Below are positions 9,929-19,491 of a stretch of 64,000 nt of DNA, in pieces. The notes under the pieces were generated by a model. The model saw only the letters and a list, made by a program, of their open reading frames with translations. It made no database searches and was not told the origin of the DNA. A program made the position numbers and the translations under genes. The stretch's first letter is position 1. Every line of letters begins with the position of its first letter. The stretch is from Minisyncoccia bacterium (lineage in GTDB: Bacteria > Patescibacteriota > Minisyncoccia > Phycocordibacterales > Phycocordibacteraceae), in the NCBI GenBank assembly GCA_041485695.1, contig JBGPJZ010000001.1, forward strand, positions 44,697 to 108,696. Reading direction: 5' to 3'.

Positions 9929-11611
9929 ATGCCGCGAGACACTGTCGCGGAAATAAAAAATCGTCTCTCGATACAGGACGTCGTGGCTCCGTACGTCAAG
10001 CTCACGAAGGCCGGCCGCTCCCTTAAAGGGTTATGCCCCTTCCACAAAGAGAAGACGCCTTCATTCAATATCTCGATTGACCGAGGGACCTTCCACTGTT
10101 TCGGGTGTGGCGAGGGGGGCGATATGTTTACGTTTATTGAAAAGATCGAAGGCGTCGATTTCAAGGGAGCGCTTACGCTCCTCGCGGAGAAGGCTGGTGT
10201 CGAAGTGGTGTACAACCCAGGCGCGCGCGAGGGCGCCTCTCGCACAGAACGCCTTCGTGAGGCGATGGCGCGCGCCGTCGAGTTTTACGTTTTGCTCCTC
10301 ACCCCTGAAAGCGAAGCGTATCGCTACGCACTTTTGCGCGGGCTCACGCGGGATACGATTAAGGGCTGGCAGCTTGGCGTGGCCCCCGACGACTGGCGCC
10401 TTCTCCTTGAACATCTAACAGGGAAGAGTTTTACGCTCGATGAACTCAAGGGAGCGGGGCTTATCAAGGAGGCTGACGGTAAGGCGGGGACCTACTACGA
10501 CCGCTTTAGGAATCGCCTCATGTTCCCGATACGCGATACCGCAGGGCGCACGCTTGCCTTTACCGGCCGCGCTCTTGATAAAAATGAACAAGCAAAATAT
10601 CTGAATAGCCCCGAGACCGAGCTCTATCACAAGTCCCAGATACTCTTCGGAATGGACAAAGCCAAGGAGGCGATACGTACGCGAGGGTTCGCCCTCCTTG
10701 TCGAAGGACAGATGGATCTCCTCCATGCGCACCAAGCGGGATTTGAAAACGCCATAGCGCTTTCAGGCACGGCGTTTACGGGGGAGCATGCTCGGCTCCT
10801 GAAACGGTACAGCGAGAACTTGATGCTGGCGCTCGACGCCGACTCCGCAGGGCTCACCGCTACGCAAAAGTCGGCCTTGGTCGCTTTGGGTTCGGGGATG
10901 CACGTTAAGGCTGTCCGGTTGCCGACTGGCTCGGACCCGGCCGACGTCATCAGTCATGATGCGAAAGATTTCACGGCGCGCGTTAAAGAGGCCAAGCCGG
11001 TCGTGGAGTTCTTTCTTAGTATCCTGGCTGAACGCGAACATAACCCGCACCGCCTCGTACTTGCTGCTGAGAGCATCGTCTTGCCCTTGTTGCGTGCGGT
11101 TACGAGCCCGATGGAGCGGGAGCACTTCATCCAGAGCGCCGCGCAGACCTTAGGCCTCTCGTCCGAAGCGGTACGCGCATCGCTCACGAAATTGCCTCCG
11201 CCCGCGGCAGATGAAACAGATCGAGGCGCTCGTGCAGTAGCGGTTGCGAAGCGTCCGGAGCGCGATGCGCGCGAGGATGCGCTCCGAGCCCTCTCATCTG
11301 CTTATCCGAGCACTCTGCTTGCAGAGCGCGTCATGAGGGAGTACGCTCGTATTACTGAAGCCCCGCTTGCTGTGGGGGAGGTCACGGAGGCCGCCCTGTT
11401 CGAGGTAGAGCAAGCCTTTGGCGAAGACCCTCCCGAGACGGCAGCGGACGAGCTTCTCCATGCCTTCGAAACTGCGTACGTACGCGAGGCGTATCAGGAG
11501 GCGGTTGCCACCCTTCGCCGAGCCGAGAACGCAGGCGACGTTGCTGTTACGAAAAAGATCCAGGGAGAAGTCGCCACGCTTTCAAAGCGTCTCGCCTCGC
11601 TCACGCACTAA
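9929..11611 (+). CDS. dnaG: DNA primase
   Basis: CHC2 zinc finger CPFHKEKTPSFNI...FHCFGCGEGGDMFTF. TOPRIM region. Position between rpoC and rpoD. Confidence 0.9.
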   Translation: MPRDTVAEIKNRLSIQDVVAPYVKLTKAGRSLKGLCPFHKEKTPSFNISIDRGTFHCFGCGEGGDMFTFIEKIEGVDFKGALTLLAEKAGVEVVYNPGAREGASRTERLREAMARAVEFYVLLLTPESEAYRYALLRGLTRDTIKGWQLGVAPDDWRLLLEHLTGKSFTLDELKGAGLIKEADGKAGTYYDRFRNRLMFPIRDTAGRTLAFTGRALDKNEQAKYLNSPETELYHKSQILFGMDKAKEAIRTRGFALLVEGQMDLLHAHQAGFENAIALSGTAFTGEHARLLKRYSENLMLALDADSAGLTATQKSALVALGSGMHVKAVRLPTGSDPADVISHDAKDFTARVKEAKPVVEFFLSILAEREHNPHRLVLAAESIVLPLLRAVTSPMEREHFIQSAAQTLGLSSEAVRASLTKLPPPAADETDRGARAVAVAKRPERDAREDALRALSSAYPSTLLAERVMREYARITEAPLAVGEVTEAALFEVEQAFGEDPPETAADELLHAFETAYVREAYQEAVATLRRAENAGDVAVTKKIQGEVATLSKRLASLTH

Positions 11612-11617
11612 CTACCT

Positions 11618-12853
11618 ATGCCAAAACGAAAAATTAAGAAAATAAAAAAGGCTGCAAAGCACGCGAAGACGAAAGCGAAAATTCGCAAAGCAAGCCCGCG
11701 CCTGCCTGCCGGCAGGCAGGCCACAAGGCATGCGCGGGTGAAACGCATCGTGCGCATCGCTGCGACTGGCGTAAGGGCGAAGGCGGCGGCGCAGATGCAG
11801 CTTTCAGCCGAACAGCTCATCACGAAGGGCAAGGAGCGCGGCTACATCACCTACAACGAGATCCTTAAGTCCTTCCCGCATGTCGAAGACGACGTCGACT
11901 TCCTCGAGGCTCTCTACGAACGCTTCTCGATAGCAGGCATCGATGTCCTTGAAGGGGGCATGCTTGAGGATAATGCCGATCAGTATCTTGCGACCAAGAA
12001 CATCAAAGACCGGCAGTCGACCTCGTACGATTCCATCCAGATTTATTTGCGCGAAATCGGCCAGTACCCTTTGCTTACCGCCGCTGAAGAGCGCCAGTTG
12101 GCTCAACGGATCGAGAGGGGTGATGCTGAAGCGCGCAATATCCTCGCGAGGAGCAACCTCCGCCTCGTCGTTTCAATAGCAAAAAAGTATGTCGGCCGTT
12201 CACCTGACCTGACCTTGCTTGACCTCATTCAAGAGGGGAATTTGGGCCTCTTTCGCGCCGTCGATAAGTTCGACTGGAAAAAAGGCTATAAGTTCTCGAC
12301 CTACGCTACGTGGTGGATTCGCCAGGCGATTACGCGCGCCTTGGCCGACCAGTCGCGCACTATCCGCATCCCCGTGCACATGGTAGAAACAATCGCAAAA
12401 TACAAGCAAGTCTCGAGGCGCCTGGCGCAGGCCTTGGGCCGCGACCCGCAGGCTGAGGAGATTGCGGTCGAGATGGGCGTCGAACCGGAGAAGATCTACC
12501 AGATCGAGAAAATCAACCAAGACACCCTCTCTTTGGAGAACCCTGTCGGCTCTGACGACGATGAAAAGTCCACCCTGGGCGACTTTATTGCTGATGACAA
12601 AATCCCCAGCCCGGTTCAAGAGTCGTCGGAGCGTATCCTTGCCGAGCAGGTTCGGAGTATCTTGAGCGACCTTTCGCCCAAGGAGCGCAAGATTTTGGAA
12701 ATGCGCCACGGGCTCCTCGACGGTATTTACCACACGCTTGAAGAAGTGGGTAAGGAGTTCGGCGTGACTCGCGAGCGCATCCGCCAAATCGAGGCGAAGG
12801 CGCTCGAAAAAATCCGGACCCATGACAGAGCTAGACACCTGAAGAGTTATTAA
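11618..12853 (+). CDS. rpoD: RNA polymerase sigma factor, sigma-70 family, with a Lys-rich N-terminal extension
   Basis: Region 2 [40 protein letters not shown] and region 4 [24 protein letters not shown]. Confidence 0.95.
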   Translation: MPKRKIKKIKKAAKHAKTKAKIRKASPRLPAGRQATRHARVKRIVRIAATGVRAKAAAQMQLSAEQLITKGKERGYITYNEILKSFPHVEDDVDFLEALYERFSIAGIDVLEGGMLEDNADQYLATKNIKDRQSTSYDSIQIYLREIGQYPLLTAAEERQLAQRIERGDAEARNILARSNLRLVVSIAKKYVGRSPDLTLLDLIQEGNLGLFRAVDKFDWKKGYKFSTYATWWIRQAITRALADQSRTIRIPVHMVETIAKYKQVSRRLAQALGRDPQAEEIAVEMGVEPEKIYQIEKINQDTLSLENPVGSDDDEKSTLGDFIADDKIPSPVQESSERILAEQVRSILSDLSPKERKILEMRHGLLDGIYHTLEEVGKEFGVTRERIRQIEAKALEKIRTHDRARHLKSY

Positions 12854-12856
12854 AAA

Positions 12857-12881
12857 GGCCCGGATTGCTCCGGGCCTTTTG
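12857..12881 (+). terminator. Rho-independent terminator of the rpoB-rpoC-dnaG-rpoD unit
   Basis: ggcccgg-attgct-ccgggcc hairpin followed by TTTTG. Confidence 0.7.
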
Positions 12882-12894
12882 CAAGGCACTGACG

Positions 12895-13203
12895 TCATTT
12901 CCCCGCCACATGTTCTTTATATAGATCAAGGGCGGATTCCCTCGGCGAAGCTCTTCTTTCGTCGAGCGGTACCACCACCTCCAGCCGTTCTGGGAACCGC
13001 TCCCAGGGCAAGGCAATCTGGCGCGCATCTCCCTCCCGAAAAAGAAGCCATGGCCTCGCACTCGTGCGGCTCACGAATGCTACGACTTCTTCGACAGCTT
13101 CGAGCGTTCCTCGGGCAAAGAATTGGTAAACAGTAAAGACGCCGTCTGGAAATCGGTAGTAGTGGAACTCGTAGGTGTGATTGAAAAGTTCAAACTGACT
13201 CAT
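12895..13203 (-). CDS. Small hypothetical protein (102 aa)
   Basis: ATG preceded by GAGAGGGG at -8. This is the non-overlapped 3' part of ORF-track 12895..13584. No recognisable domain. Confidence 0.45.
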   Translation of the reverse strand: MSQFELFNHTYEFHYYRFPDGVFTVYQFFARGTLEAVEEVVAFVSRTSARPWLLFREGDARQIALPWERFPERLEVVVPLDERRASPRESALDLYKEHVAGK

Positions 13204-13257
13204 CCGGGCAGCCCCTCTCGTTGATCTGAAATCGATAGTACCATGTAGGTTCAGCCT

Positions 13258-14118
13258 ATGAAACGGAAAAGGAAGGGGAAAAAGCTGCCTATCAAGCACT
13301 GGAGCCACTCGAGCTTGATGGCATTCTTGCGGAACCCTCTTGCGTGGTACAAGCGCTATGTCGAGGAGGTCTACGACACGCCTTCGAGCCCTTCGTCTAT
13401 CGTTGGCCGGGCAGGGCACCTCGCGCTCCAGCATTTTTACCAGGGCGTCGATAAAGACGCCGCGATACTGCTTGGCCTTGAGTACGTGCGTAACGTGCAG
13501 GATTTTGAGATAAACTTCGGCAAGGCAAAGAGTCGCAAGGCCCGGCGCGCAAAGCGCGCCGGGATGGAGCACGAGTACCTCCAAGCCATCGGGTTCTACT
13601 TAGCGAAACCCCCACGCCACAAAGTACTCGGGGTGGAGGTGCGCGGCGTGGTCGGCGTCGAAGGGCTCCCGCTCCCTTTAAAGGCCATCTCGGATTTAGT
13701 CGTAGAGTCAAAGCTTGAGAAGGGCGCCGTCGATATTGTCGACCACAAGTTCGTCGATTCGTTCAGTAAGACAGGAGCGAGGAAGTCACTCTTTATCATG
13801 CAGGCTATTTTTAATTACTACACCGTGCGCGAGCTCTTTGGCCGCCCCGTGCGGCGCTTCATCGTCTATGAGTGCAAAAAGTCGAAGAACGCGAAGGGCG
13901 GTGCGCAATTAAAACGCCACGTCATCGACTACCGTGAGGCAAAAGAGGACTTTGCTGTCTTTCATCGTCTCATCAAAGAGGCTACCGAGGAGCTCTCGCG
14001 GCGTCGCCACTACCTCCCCAACCCCTCCGACATGTTCGAGGGCGACCACTCGTTCGATATCTATCGCCTCCGCCTTCTCGAGACAGAAGAGATTGACGAA
14101 ACCGAGGAGGAACTGTAA
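13258..14118 (+). CDS. PD-(D/E)XK nuclease superfamily protein (RecB/Cas4-like fold)
   Basis: N-terminal HWSHSSLMAFLRNPLAWYKRYV, ISD...VDIVDHK (D/ExK) and QAIFNYY (QxxxY) motifs. Confidence 0.7.
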   Translation: MKRKRKGKKLPIKHWSHSSLMAFLRNPLAWYKRYVEEVYDTPSSPSSIVGRAGHLALQHFYQGVDKDAAILLGLEYVRNVQDFEINFGKAKSRKARRAKRAGMEHEYLQAIGFYLAKPPRHKVLGVEVRGVVGVEGLPLPLKAISDLVVESKLEKGAVDIVDHKFVDSFSKTGARKSLFIMQAIFNYYTVRELFGRPVRRFIVYECKKSKNAKGGAQLKRHVIDYREAKEDFAVFHRLIKEATEELSRRRHYLPNPSDMFEGDHSFDIYRLRLLETEEIDETEEEL

Positions 14119-14150
14119 ACCTAGTGCAGAGGCTAAGAGTGGAGCAAGGA

Positions 14151-14333
14151 ATGAATCAGCAATTTCAGAAGAAGAAAGCGGAGAGAGCATCGCCGCTTCT
14201 CATGTTTGCCACGCTCTTTCTCCTTATCGCGGTACTCACCTTATATTTTGCCAGGGACCGCCCGCAACCTGTGCAGTCGCCCGACTTGCCGATTCGAGCT
14301 GTAGTAAGCGTGCCTGCGTCGCCCACTCGCTAG
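14151..14333 (+). CDS. Small membrane protein (61 aa, one TM helix)
   Basis: GGAG SD 6-8 nt upstream of the ATG. Hydrophobic core LLMFATLFLLIAVLTLYF. Followed by a terminator. Confidence 0.4.
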   Translation: MNQQFQKKKAERASPLLMFATLFLLIAVLTLYFARDRPQPVQSPDLPIRAVVSVPASPTR

Positions 14334-14354
14334 GAAGAAGGCAGATGCGGTCAA

Positions 14355-14387
14355 GGCCCGGAGCGATGCTCCGGGCCTTCCTTATTT
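14355..14387 (+). terminator. Hairpin terminator (ggcccgg-agcgatgct-ccgggcc + T-rich), nearly the same stem as the rpoD terminator
   Basis: Perfect 7-bp GC stem followed by ttccttattt. It overlaps the 3' end of the convergent dsbA-like gene. Confidence 0.6.
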
Positions 14388-15059
14388 GCTAGCAGCGAGA
14401 GCCGCGTCGAGCTGGTCTTTGAGGTCGGCGTAGCTCCAGGCGCCATCGATGACTATAGGCGGCTTGCCGTCGATAAGAATGAGCGAATAGGGCGTACCTC
14501 CTGCCCCAGCGTCAATCGCGTTCTGCCTTTCGGCATCGATGCGCGCATCGATGCCGTTCGTCGCGGCATTTTGGATGCATGAAGCGACCGCTTCCGGTGA
14601 GGCGCCCGTGGCGCGCGCATACTCGGCGTACTTGGTCGGGTCGGCAGGCTGGTTAGCGAAGAGGAGGTCGTTAAACTTAAAGTATGCCTCGTTCCCAGCC
14701 GTCTGTGCCACGCACTCGGCTGCCTCGGCGTGCTTCTTCGCATTCGGATGGAGTTCAGTAATCGCGAAATTACGAAAAATCCACGCCACGTCGCCCCCTG
14801 TGCCATAGTCATTTACAAGCTGGTGGAGGGTCGCATTGAAAGTCGCGCAGTGGGGGCAATCGAAGTCCGAGTATTCGACAATCTTCACTTTGGCGGTCGG
14901 ATTGCCGAGGATATGGTCGTCGGCGCTGATGGCAGCCGCGGCGCTCGCGGCTTGAGAGGCCGCTGACGGGTTCGCGCCTTTGAAGCTCGCGTACACTGCG
15001 CCCGCGAGGATGACGCCGGCACAGATGATCGCACCCGGTATGACAAAAGAAGCTTTCAT
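14382..15059 (-). CDS. DsbA-like thiol:disulfide oxidoreductase (thioredoxin fold, secreted)
   Basis: CPHC active site, N-terminal signal anchor. Confidence 0.85.
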   Translation of the reverse strand: MKASFVIPGAIICAGVILAGAVYASFKGANPSAASQAASAAAAISADDHILGNPTAKVKIVEYSDFDCPHCATFNATLHQLVNDYGTGGDVAWIFRNFAITELHPNAKKHAEAAECVAQTAGNEAYFKFNDLLFANQPADPTKYAEYARATGASPEAVASCIQNAATNGIDARIDAERQNAIDAGAGGTPYSLILIDGKPPIVIDGAWSYADLKDQLDAALAASK

Positions 15060-15640
15060 AATGTGAGTGTGTGGGTGAGAGAAGGGGCAACGGCGCCCTG
15101 CCCCCAGTGCGAGGTGTCTATTTTGAGGTCGCGTACGTCGCGTAAGTCCTTGTATTTCAAAAGGCCGTTCTTTAATGCGTACTCATAGAGTTCTCGCGTC
15201 AGGCGGACGTCCTCAATGCAATACTCACGCACTTTATCGACAGCGCCCTCTCGCCACCATATACCTGCTTTCAGGCCGTCACCTTTTTTACTGCGGCCAA
15301 GCGTCGCCTGGGCAAGCGAATCGAGACGAACGCGCCGCCCCAAGACTTTATAGACTTCAGTCAGGAGGTCGAGAGAGGCGATTTTCGTAAGGTCGCCGGG
15401 GTAGTAACGATTTAAAAGCGGGATGTCGAACGAGTCAGAGTTAAAGCCGATGAGCAGGTCGGTGCGCTCGATAATCGGCCAGAGTTTCGGCAGCTCCTCC
15501 TTAAGGTATGAAGAGTACGAGTCGGTCTCGGAGTCGTAAATGGCGATGAGGGTTAGATCTTGGTCGCCGAGGTCAATCTTCCCGCGTACATTGGAGCCGC
15601 TTGCCGAGATACTCTCGATATCAAAGACAAGGTAACGCAT
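15056..15640 (-). CDS. 3'-5' exonuclease, DEDD(y) RNase H-like fold
   Basis: LVFDIE, LIAIYD, GFNSDSFDIPLL and YCIEDVRL motifs. 4-bp overlap with the downstream gene. Confidence 0.7.
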   Translation of the reverse strand: MRYLVFDIESISASGSNVRGKIDLGDQDLTLIAIYDSETDSYSSYLKEELPKLWPIIERTDLLIGFNSDSFDIPLLNRYYPGDLTKIASLDLLTEVYKVLGRRVRLDSLAQATLGRSKKGDGLKAGIWWREGAVDKVREYCIEDVRLTRELYEYALKNGLLKYKDLRDVRDLKIDTSHWGQGAVAPSLTHTLTL

Positions 15641-15649
15641 CAGGGCAGT

Positions 15650-16900
15650 TTACGCGTTCCTAATATGAGCTGCAACATCCGCAAGCGAGAGCGAGCGCTC
15701 CTCACCGGTCGAGAGCCGCTTCACGCGGAGCGTGTGCGAATGCTTCTCTTCGTCGCCGACGGCAGCAAAGTACGGGATGCCGCGACGGTCGGCGTCCTTT
15801 ACTTGGTCGCCGAGCGATTTGGCCGACAGGTTTATAAAAACGCGGAGCCCGCTCGCGCGGAGCATCTCGGCCGCTCCGTTAGCCGCGGCGAGGTCGTTTT
15901 CAGAAGGGGTGCCGAGGTAGAGCTCGGGCGCGCTTGTCGATGCGGGGAGCAGGTCGTGGGTCGTAAGAAAGTCGACCAAGGTCACATCTCCCATGCCGAA
16001 GCCCACCGCAGGGACGGGCTCGCCGCCAAAGAGGCTGACGAGGTCGTCGTAGCGCCCGCCGCCGAACAACGCGCGCGAGTTCGCAGGGTCGGTATCGTAA
16101 ATTTCAAAGACGATGCCAGTGTAGTAGTCGAAGCCCCGCACGATCGAGGGGTCGAAGACGACATTCGCTATCCCGCGCGCCTTGAAAGCCTCGATAAGCT
16201 TCATAAGCTTCTCTTTTTCGGCACGTACGCGCTTGTCGCTCTCGATGAGCGCGAGAGGGTCGGTAGAGGTGATTGCGTCAAGCGCTACCTTAAAATCGGC
16301 GCCAGGCATCTTGTCTTTTTTATCGAGGAGGCGTAAGTAGGCGCGCGCCGCCTCCGCCTTCATGCCAGCTGCCTTGCAGGCGGCATCGAGCAAGGCGCGC
16401 GAGCTCATTCGGATGACGAAGTCGTCGTCCGTCGCGCCAAAGGCGGCAAGCAGAGCATGGGCTATGACGATAATCTCGCCATCAGCCTTTGTATCTTTGA
16501 CCCCGAGCAAGTCAACATTGAGTTGGTAGTGCTCCCGCAAGCGCCCCCTCTGCGGCCGTTCATAGCGAAAGAGGTTCGGTAGCGAAAACCAGCGCAAAGG
16601 GAGGGGGAGCTCGCGGCGCTTATGGGCGACCATGCGTGCAAGAGTGGGCGTCATTTCGGGGCGGAGCGTGACGCGCCGCCCGCCGCGGTCTTCAAAGGTG
16701 TACGTCTGCTCACTCACGATCTCTTCATTACCCTTACTCTCGTAGAGCTCTGCGCGCTCCAGAGGGGAGGCGTTGTACTCTTCGTAGCCCCACAAGGCGA
16801 GCGTTTGCCGCAAGCGTTCGAAAATCGCCTGCATCAGTGCCCAGTCGAGCGGGTAAAAGTCGCGTACGCCTTTGTACGAGTCAGTCGAAAGCTCACTCAT
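15650..16900 (-). CDS. hisS: Histidine--tRNA ligase
   Basis: Class II motifs TLRPEMTP, FRYERPQRGRLREHYQ and GGRYD. Confidence 0.93.
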   Translation of the reverse strand: MSELSTDSYKGVRDFYPLDWALMQAIFERLRQTLALWGYEEYNASPLERAELYESKGNEEIVSEQTYTFEDRGGRRVTLRPEMTPTLARMVAHKRRELPLPLRWFSLPNLFRYERPQRGRLREHYQLNVDLLGVKDTKADGEIIVIAHALLAAFGATDDDFVIRMSSRALLDAACKAAGMKAEAARAYLRLLDKKDKMPGADFKVALDAITSTDPLALIESDKRVRAEKEKLMKLIEAFKARGIANVVFDPSIVRGFDYYTGIVFEIYDTDPANSRALFGGGRYDDLVSLFGGEPVPAVGFGMGDVTLVDFLTTHDLLPASTSAPELYLGTPSENDLAAANGAAEMLRASGLRVFINLSAKSLGDQVKDADRRGIPYFAAVGDEEKHSHTLRVKRLSTGEERSLSLADVAAHIRNA

Positions 16901-17436
16901 GCACCCAGTGTATCACCACTCGGTTTTGTCGAAACATACTTCAATATAATGTCGCGCATCTGCGCGGGGTGGGGGATGCCGCGCATCGAAAAGCGGTCAA
17001 CCGCGCCCGCGCTCTGCACGTTGATATCGCCGATATCAAGCAAGGAGACCAGGATGCCTTCGGTGTCGACGGTGATGTCCTGGACGCGGTTAAGGAGGAG
17101 GGACGAGACCTCGCGGCGGAAGAATCCTTTTTGGTGGATGTCGACGATGCGAAAGTTCGTCACGACCCAGAGATTCAAGAAATAGCGGGTGAAGGTGAGC
17201 CATGCCGCCGTCCAGATAAAGAGCCACCAGGTAGCGAGCAATAAGCGTATGACACCGTCCCCGCCCCAATTGACCGTTGACCATAATGGCTGGTTGAACA
17301 TTTCAAGGAGGCGCGGGAGCGCAAGCGGCAGCAGCGCGAGGATGGCGAAAGGGAGGAGTTGAAGCAAAAAGATAAACCAATGCTTGCGCGCCTCCTTGAC
17401 TACATGTTCGCCGGGCTCGAGTTCAAATTCTTTCAT
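16897..17436 (-). CDS. Bacterial PH domain (bPH_2/YdbT-like) membrane protein
   Basis: LEPGEHVVKEARKHW followed by 2 TM helices and a PH-like domain. 4-bp overlap with hisS. Confidence 0.65.
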   Translation of the reverse strand: MKEFELEPGEHVVKEARKHWFIFLLQLLPFAILALLPLALPRLLEMFNQPLWSTVNWGGDGVIRLLLATWWLFIWTAAWLTFTRYFLNLWVVTNFRIVDIHQKGFFRREVSSLLLNRVQDITVDTEGILVSLLDIGDINVQSAGAVDRFSMRGIPHPAQMRDIILKYVSTKPSGDTLGA

Positions 17437-17699
17437 ACGGAGGGGATAAAGTTCCCAGTGAGGGCGTACGACATGAGGGCCACCGAAACAGCGAGATGCA
17501 CGAAGATAGCGGGGAAGGCGAGGAGAGAGGCGTGGCTATACTTAAGCCAATGATAGGTCGCGACCAAAGTGTAGATGAGCCAGACGGCGAACACGAAAGC
17601 GAGCAAAACGGTGAGGGTACTCCCTGCGGGGACAGTAATGCCAAGGTGCGAGAGCGTTTCAAGCGGGTTTTGAAAGGGTACTAAGGGCTGGTCAGGCAT
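17433..17699 (-). CDS. Small 2-TM membrane protein
   Basis: Hydrophobic helices. Translationally coupled (4-bp overlaps on both sides). Confidence 0.5.
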   Translation of the reverse strand: MPDQPLVPFQNPLETLSHLGITVPAGSTLTVLLAFVFAVWLIYTLVATYHWLKYSHASLLAFPAIFVHLAVSVALMSYALTGNFIPSV

Positions 17700-17701
17700 T
17701 A

Positions 17702-18442
17702 CTAAAAGGATATCACGATGACACGAGGCCGCTCGTACTGGTCGTTCTTGATGAAGGCCTTGAAGCCCTGCTCGGTAAAGAGCTCACGCGCAGCATCGGC
17801 ATGTTCGGCATCGCATTCGACCCATGCCGCGCCACCTTTCGCCAGGTGGCGTGGCAATTCAAGCGCGATCCGGCGTATGACCGCGAGCCCGTCAGGGCCA
17901 GCGCGGAGCGCCAACGCGGGTTCGTAGTCCGCAACGCTTACTGGTAATTCGCGGCCTTCGGGCACGTAGGGCGGGTTCGCGGCGATGAAGTCGAATCCGC
18001 CAGCTGGCGGACTCGCCGCGAACGGCTCGAACAAGTCGCCGATGCGTACTTCTGCACGCGATTCATCAAGCTTATTTTCACGAATGTTTTTACGAATCGT
18101 CGCTTCATGCTCTGGGTCGATTTCGCAAAAATAAACTTGTGCGTTCGGGCACTGTGCCAAAATCGCGCACCCAATCGCCCCCGAACCCGCACACAAATCG
18201 AGCACCGAGAGCTGAGAGGTGTCACTGAGGGAGGTTCCGGAAGGCGACGGCCTGAGGCCCAGCGATTTTTCAGCAGAAAAATACGCGTCTCCCGAAGGGA
18301 CACTTTTCAGCTCAAGGATTAGCTCCTCGACCCACCACTCGGTCTCCGGGCGAGGGATTAAGGGGTGCGAATCAAGCCAGATTTTGAGGCCCAAAAACGG
18401 CACCCATCCTAGCCTGTACGCCTCTGGCTCTTCGCTCTGCAT
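17702..18442 (-). CDS. prmC: Release factor glutamine N5-methyltransferase
   Basis: LDLCAGSGAIG SAM motif, IAANPPYV (NPPY). Confidence 0.9.
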   Translation of the reverse strand: MQSEEPEAYRLGWVPFLGLKIWLDSHPLIPRPETEWWVEELILELKSVPSGDAYFSAEKSLGLRPSPSGTSLSDTSQLSVLDLCAGSGAIGCAILAQCPNAQVYFCEIDPEHEATIRKNIRENKLDESRAEVRIGDLFEPFAASPPAGGFDFIAANPPYVPEGRELPVSVADYEPALALRAGPDGLAVIRRIALELPRHLAKGGAAWVECDAEHADAARELFTEQGFKAFIKNDQYERPRVIVISF

Positions 18443-18464
18443 CGCCCTATGCTACACTTTTTCT

Positions 18465-18911
18465 ATGCGGTTTCACTTTTGGCACACGTTCCTCTCGCTC
18501 TTTTTCGCGATACTCGTCGTGATGGGCATTGCATGGTTAAACGCTACCGGGCGGCTCGCGAGCTTCGTACCCTTAACCGACTTCTTCCTCATGGCGCTTG
18601 CCATCTTTCGCCTCATTCACCTCTTTACTTACGACAACATCACCGCGTTTATCCGCGAATGGTTCGTGGGCTACGATGGCCGTACCTTAGCCGGCTCCCT
18701 CGGCACCCTCATTAACTGTCCGTGGTGCACCGGGCTCTGGTTCTCGTTCGTCATCGTCTTCTTGTATTTCGCGACGCCTTTCGCGTGGTATATCATCCTT
18801 ATCCTCGCGCTCTCGGCGCTTGCATCATTTTTTCAACTCCTTTCAAATTTAATCGGCCGGAGTGCTGAACTGAAGAAGCGCGAAGCGCAAAATATAACAT
18901 TGCCTCATTAA
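18465..18911 (+). CDS. DUF1360-family membrane protein
   Basis: CPWCTGLW motif and 4 TM helices. Start taken at the internal ATG after prmC ends. Confidence 0.7.
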   Translation: MRFHFWHTFLSLFFAILVVMGIAWLNATGRLASFVPLTDFFLMALAIFRLIHLFTYDNITAFIREWFVGYDGRTLAGSLGTLINCPWCTGLWFSFVIVFLYFATPFAWYIILILALSALASFFQLLSNLIGRSAELKKREAQNITLPH

Positions 18912-18956
18912 GAAAACGTGCTATAGTGATCGTAGGAATTCAGAACATAAAGGGTA

Positions 18957-19391
18957 ATGGTGGGGCTCATCCAGAAAACGGAGTGTCCCTTGCAAGAGAA
19001 AATCTACACGAGCAGAATGCTCGAATGGTTGGCGGTAGAGATGGAGAAGCGGCCAGGGCAGAGAGCCGCCATCATCAAGGACTTCATCGAAGCGTTCAAG
19101 ATGCCGTTCAGCATCGGCCGCCTTGCGCATCTGCAGCAGACGGCAGGCGGTAAAGAGGCCTTCATCAAGAAATACAAGCCAAAAAATAAGCGGGCTTTGC
19201 CTGAATGGGAGGAGGAAGAAATAATAGTCGAGGCGGTTGAAGAATGGGCGTCCGAAACGAGATTCGAGCGTTATGCGTATGCGGCGATGAAGGTCAACAA
19301 GGCGCGAATCGCGGCCGGCATCAAGCACACGATTGACGCAGAAGAGGTCGAACGCATATTGAAGAGGCCGGTAACGAAGAGCAAGGGATAG
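18957..19391 (+). CDS. Hypothetical acidic protein
   Basis: 144-aa ORF with AAAGGG SD. It has its own terminator. No recognised domain. Confidence 0.5.
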   Translation: MVGLIQKTECPLQEKIYTSRMLEWLAVEMEKRPGQRAAIIKDFIEAFKMPFSIGRLAHLQQTAGGKEAFIKKYKPKNKRALPEWEEEEIIVEAVEEWASETRFERYAYAAMKVNKARIAAGIKHTIDAEEVERILKRPVTKSKG

Positions 19392-19400
19392 TGGTGGGTA

Positions 19401-19441
19401 GGCGGCGCGAGGGTCAAGAAACCCCGCGCCGCCTTTTTCTT
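19401..19441 (+). terminator. Rho-independent terminator
   Basis: ggcggcgcg...cgcgccgcc stem followed by TTTTTCTTTT. Confidence 0.7.
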
Positions 19442-19491
19442 TTACGGGGGCTATGCTTTACTCTCTGCGGAGAAGAAGAAAGGGGGCCACG

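Noticed and set aside
12200-12898. 232-aa minus-strand ORF
   Set aside because: Antisense to rpoD.
15560-16336. 258-aa plus-strand ORF
   Set aside because: Antisense to hisS and the exonuclease gene.
18219-18464. N-terminal extension of the DUF1360 ORF
   Set aside because: Overlaps prmC on the opposite strand. The hydrophobic DUF1360 body starts at the ATG 18465.
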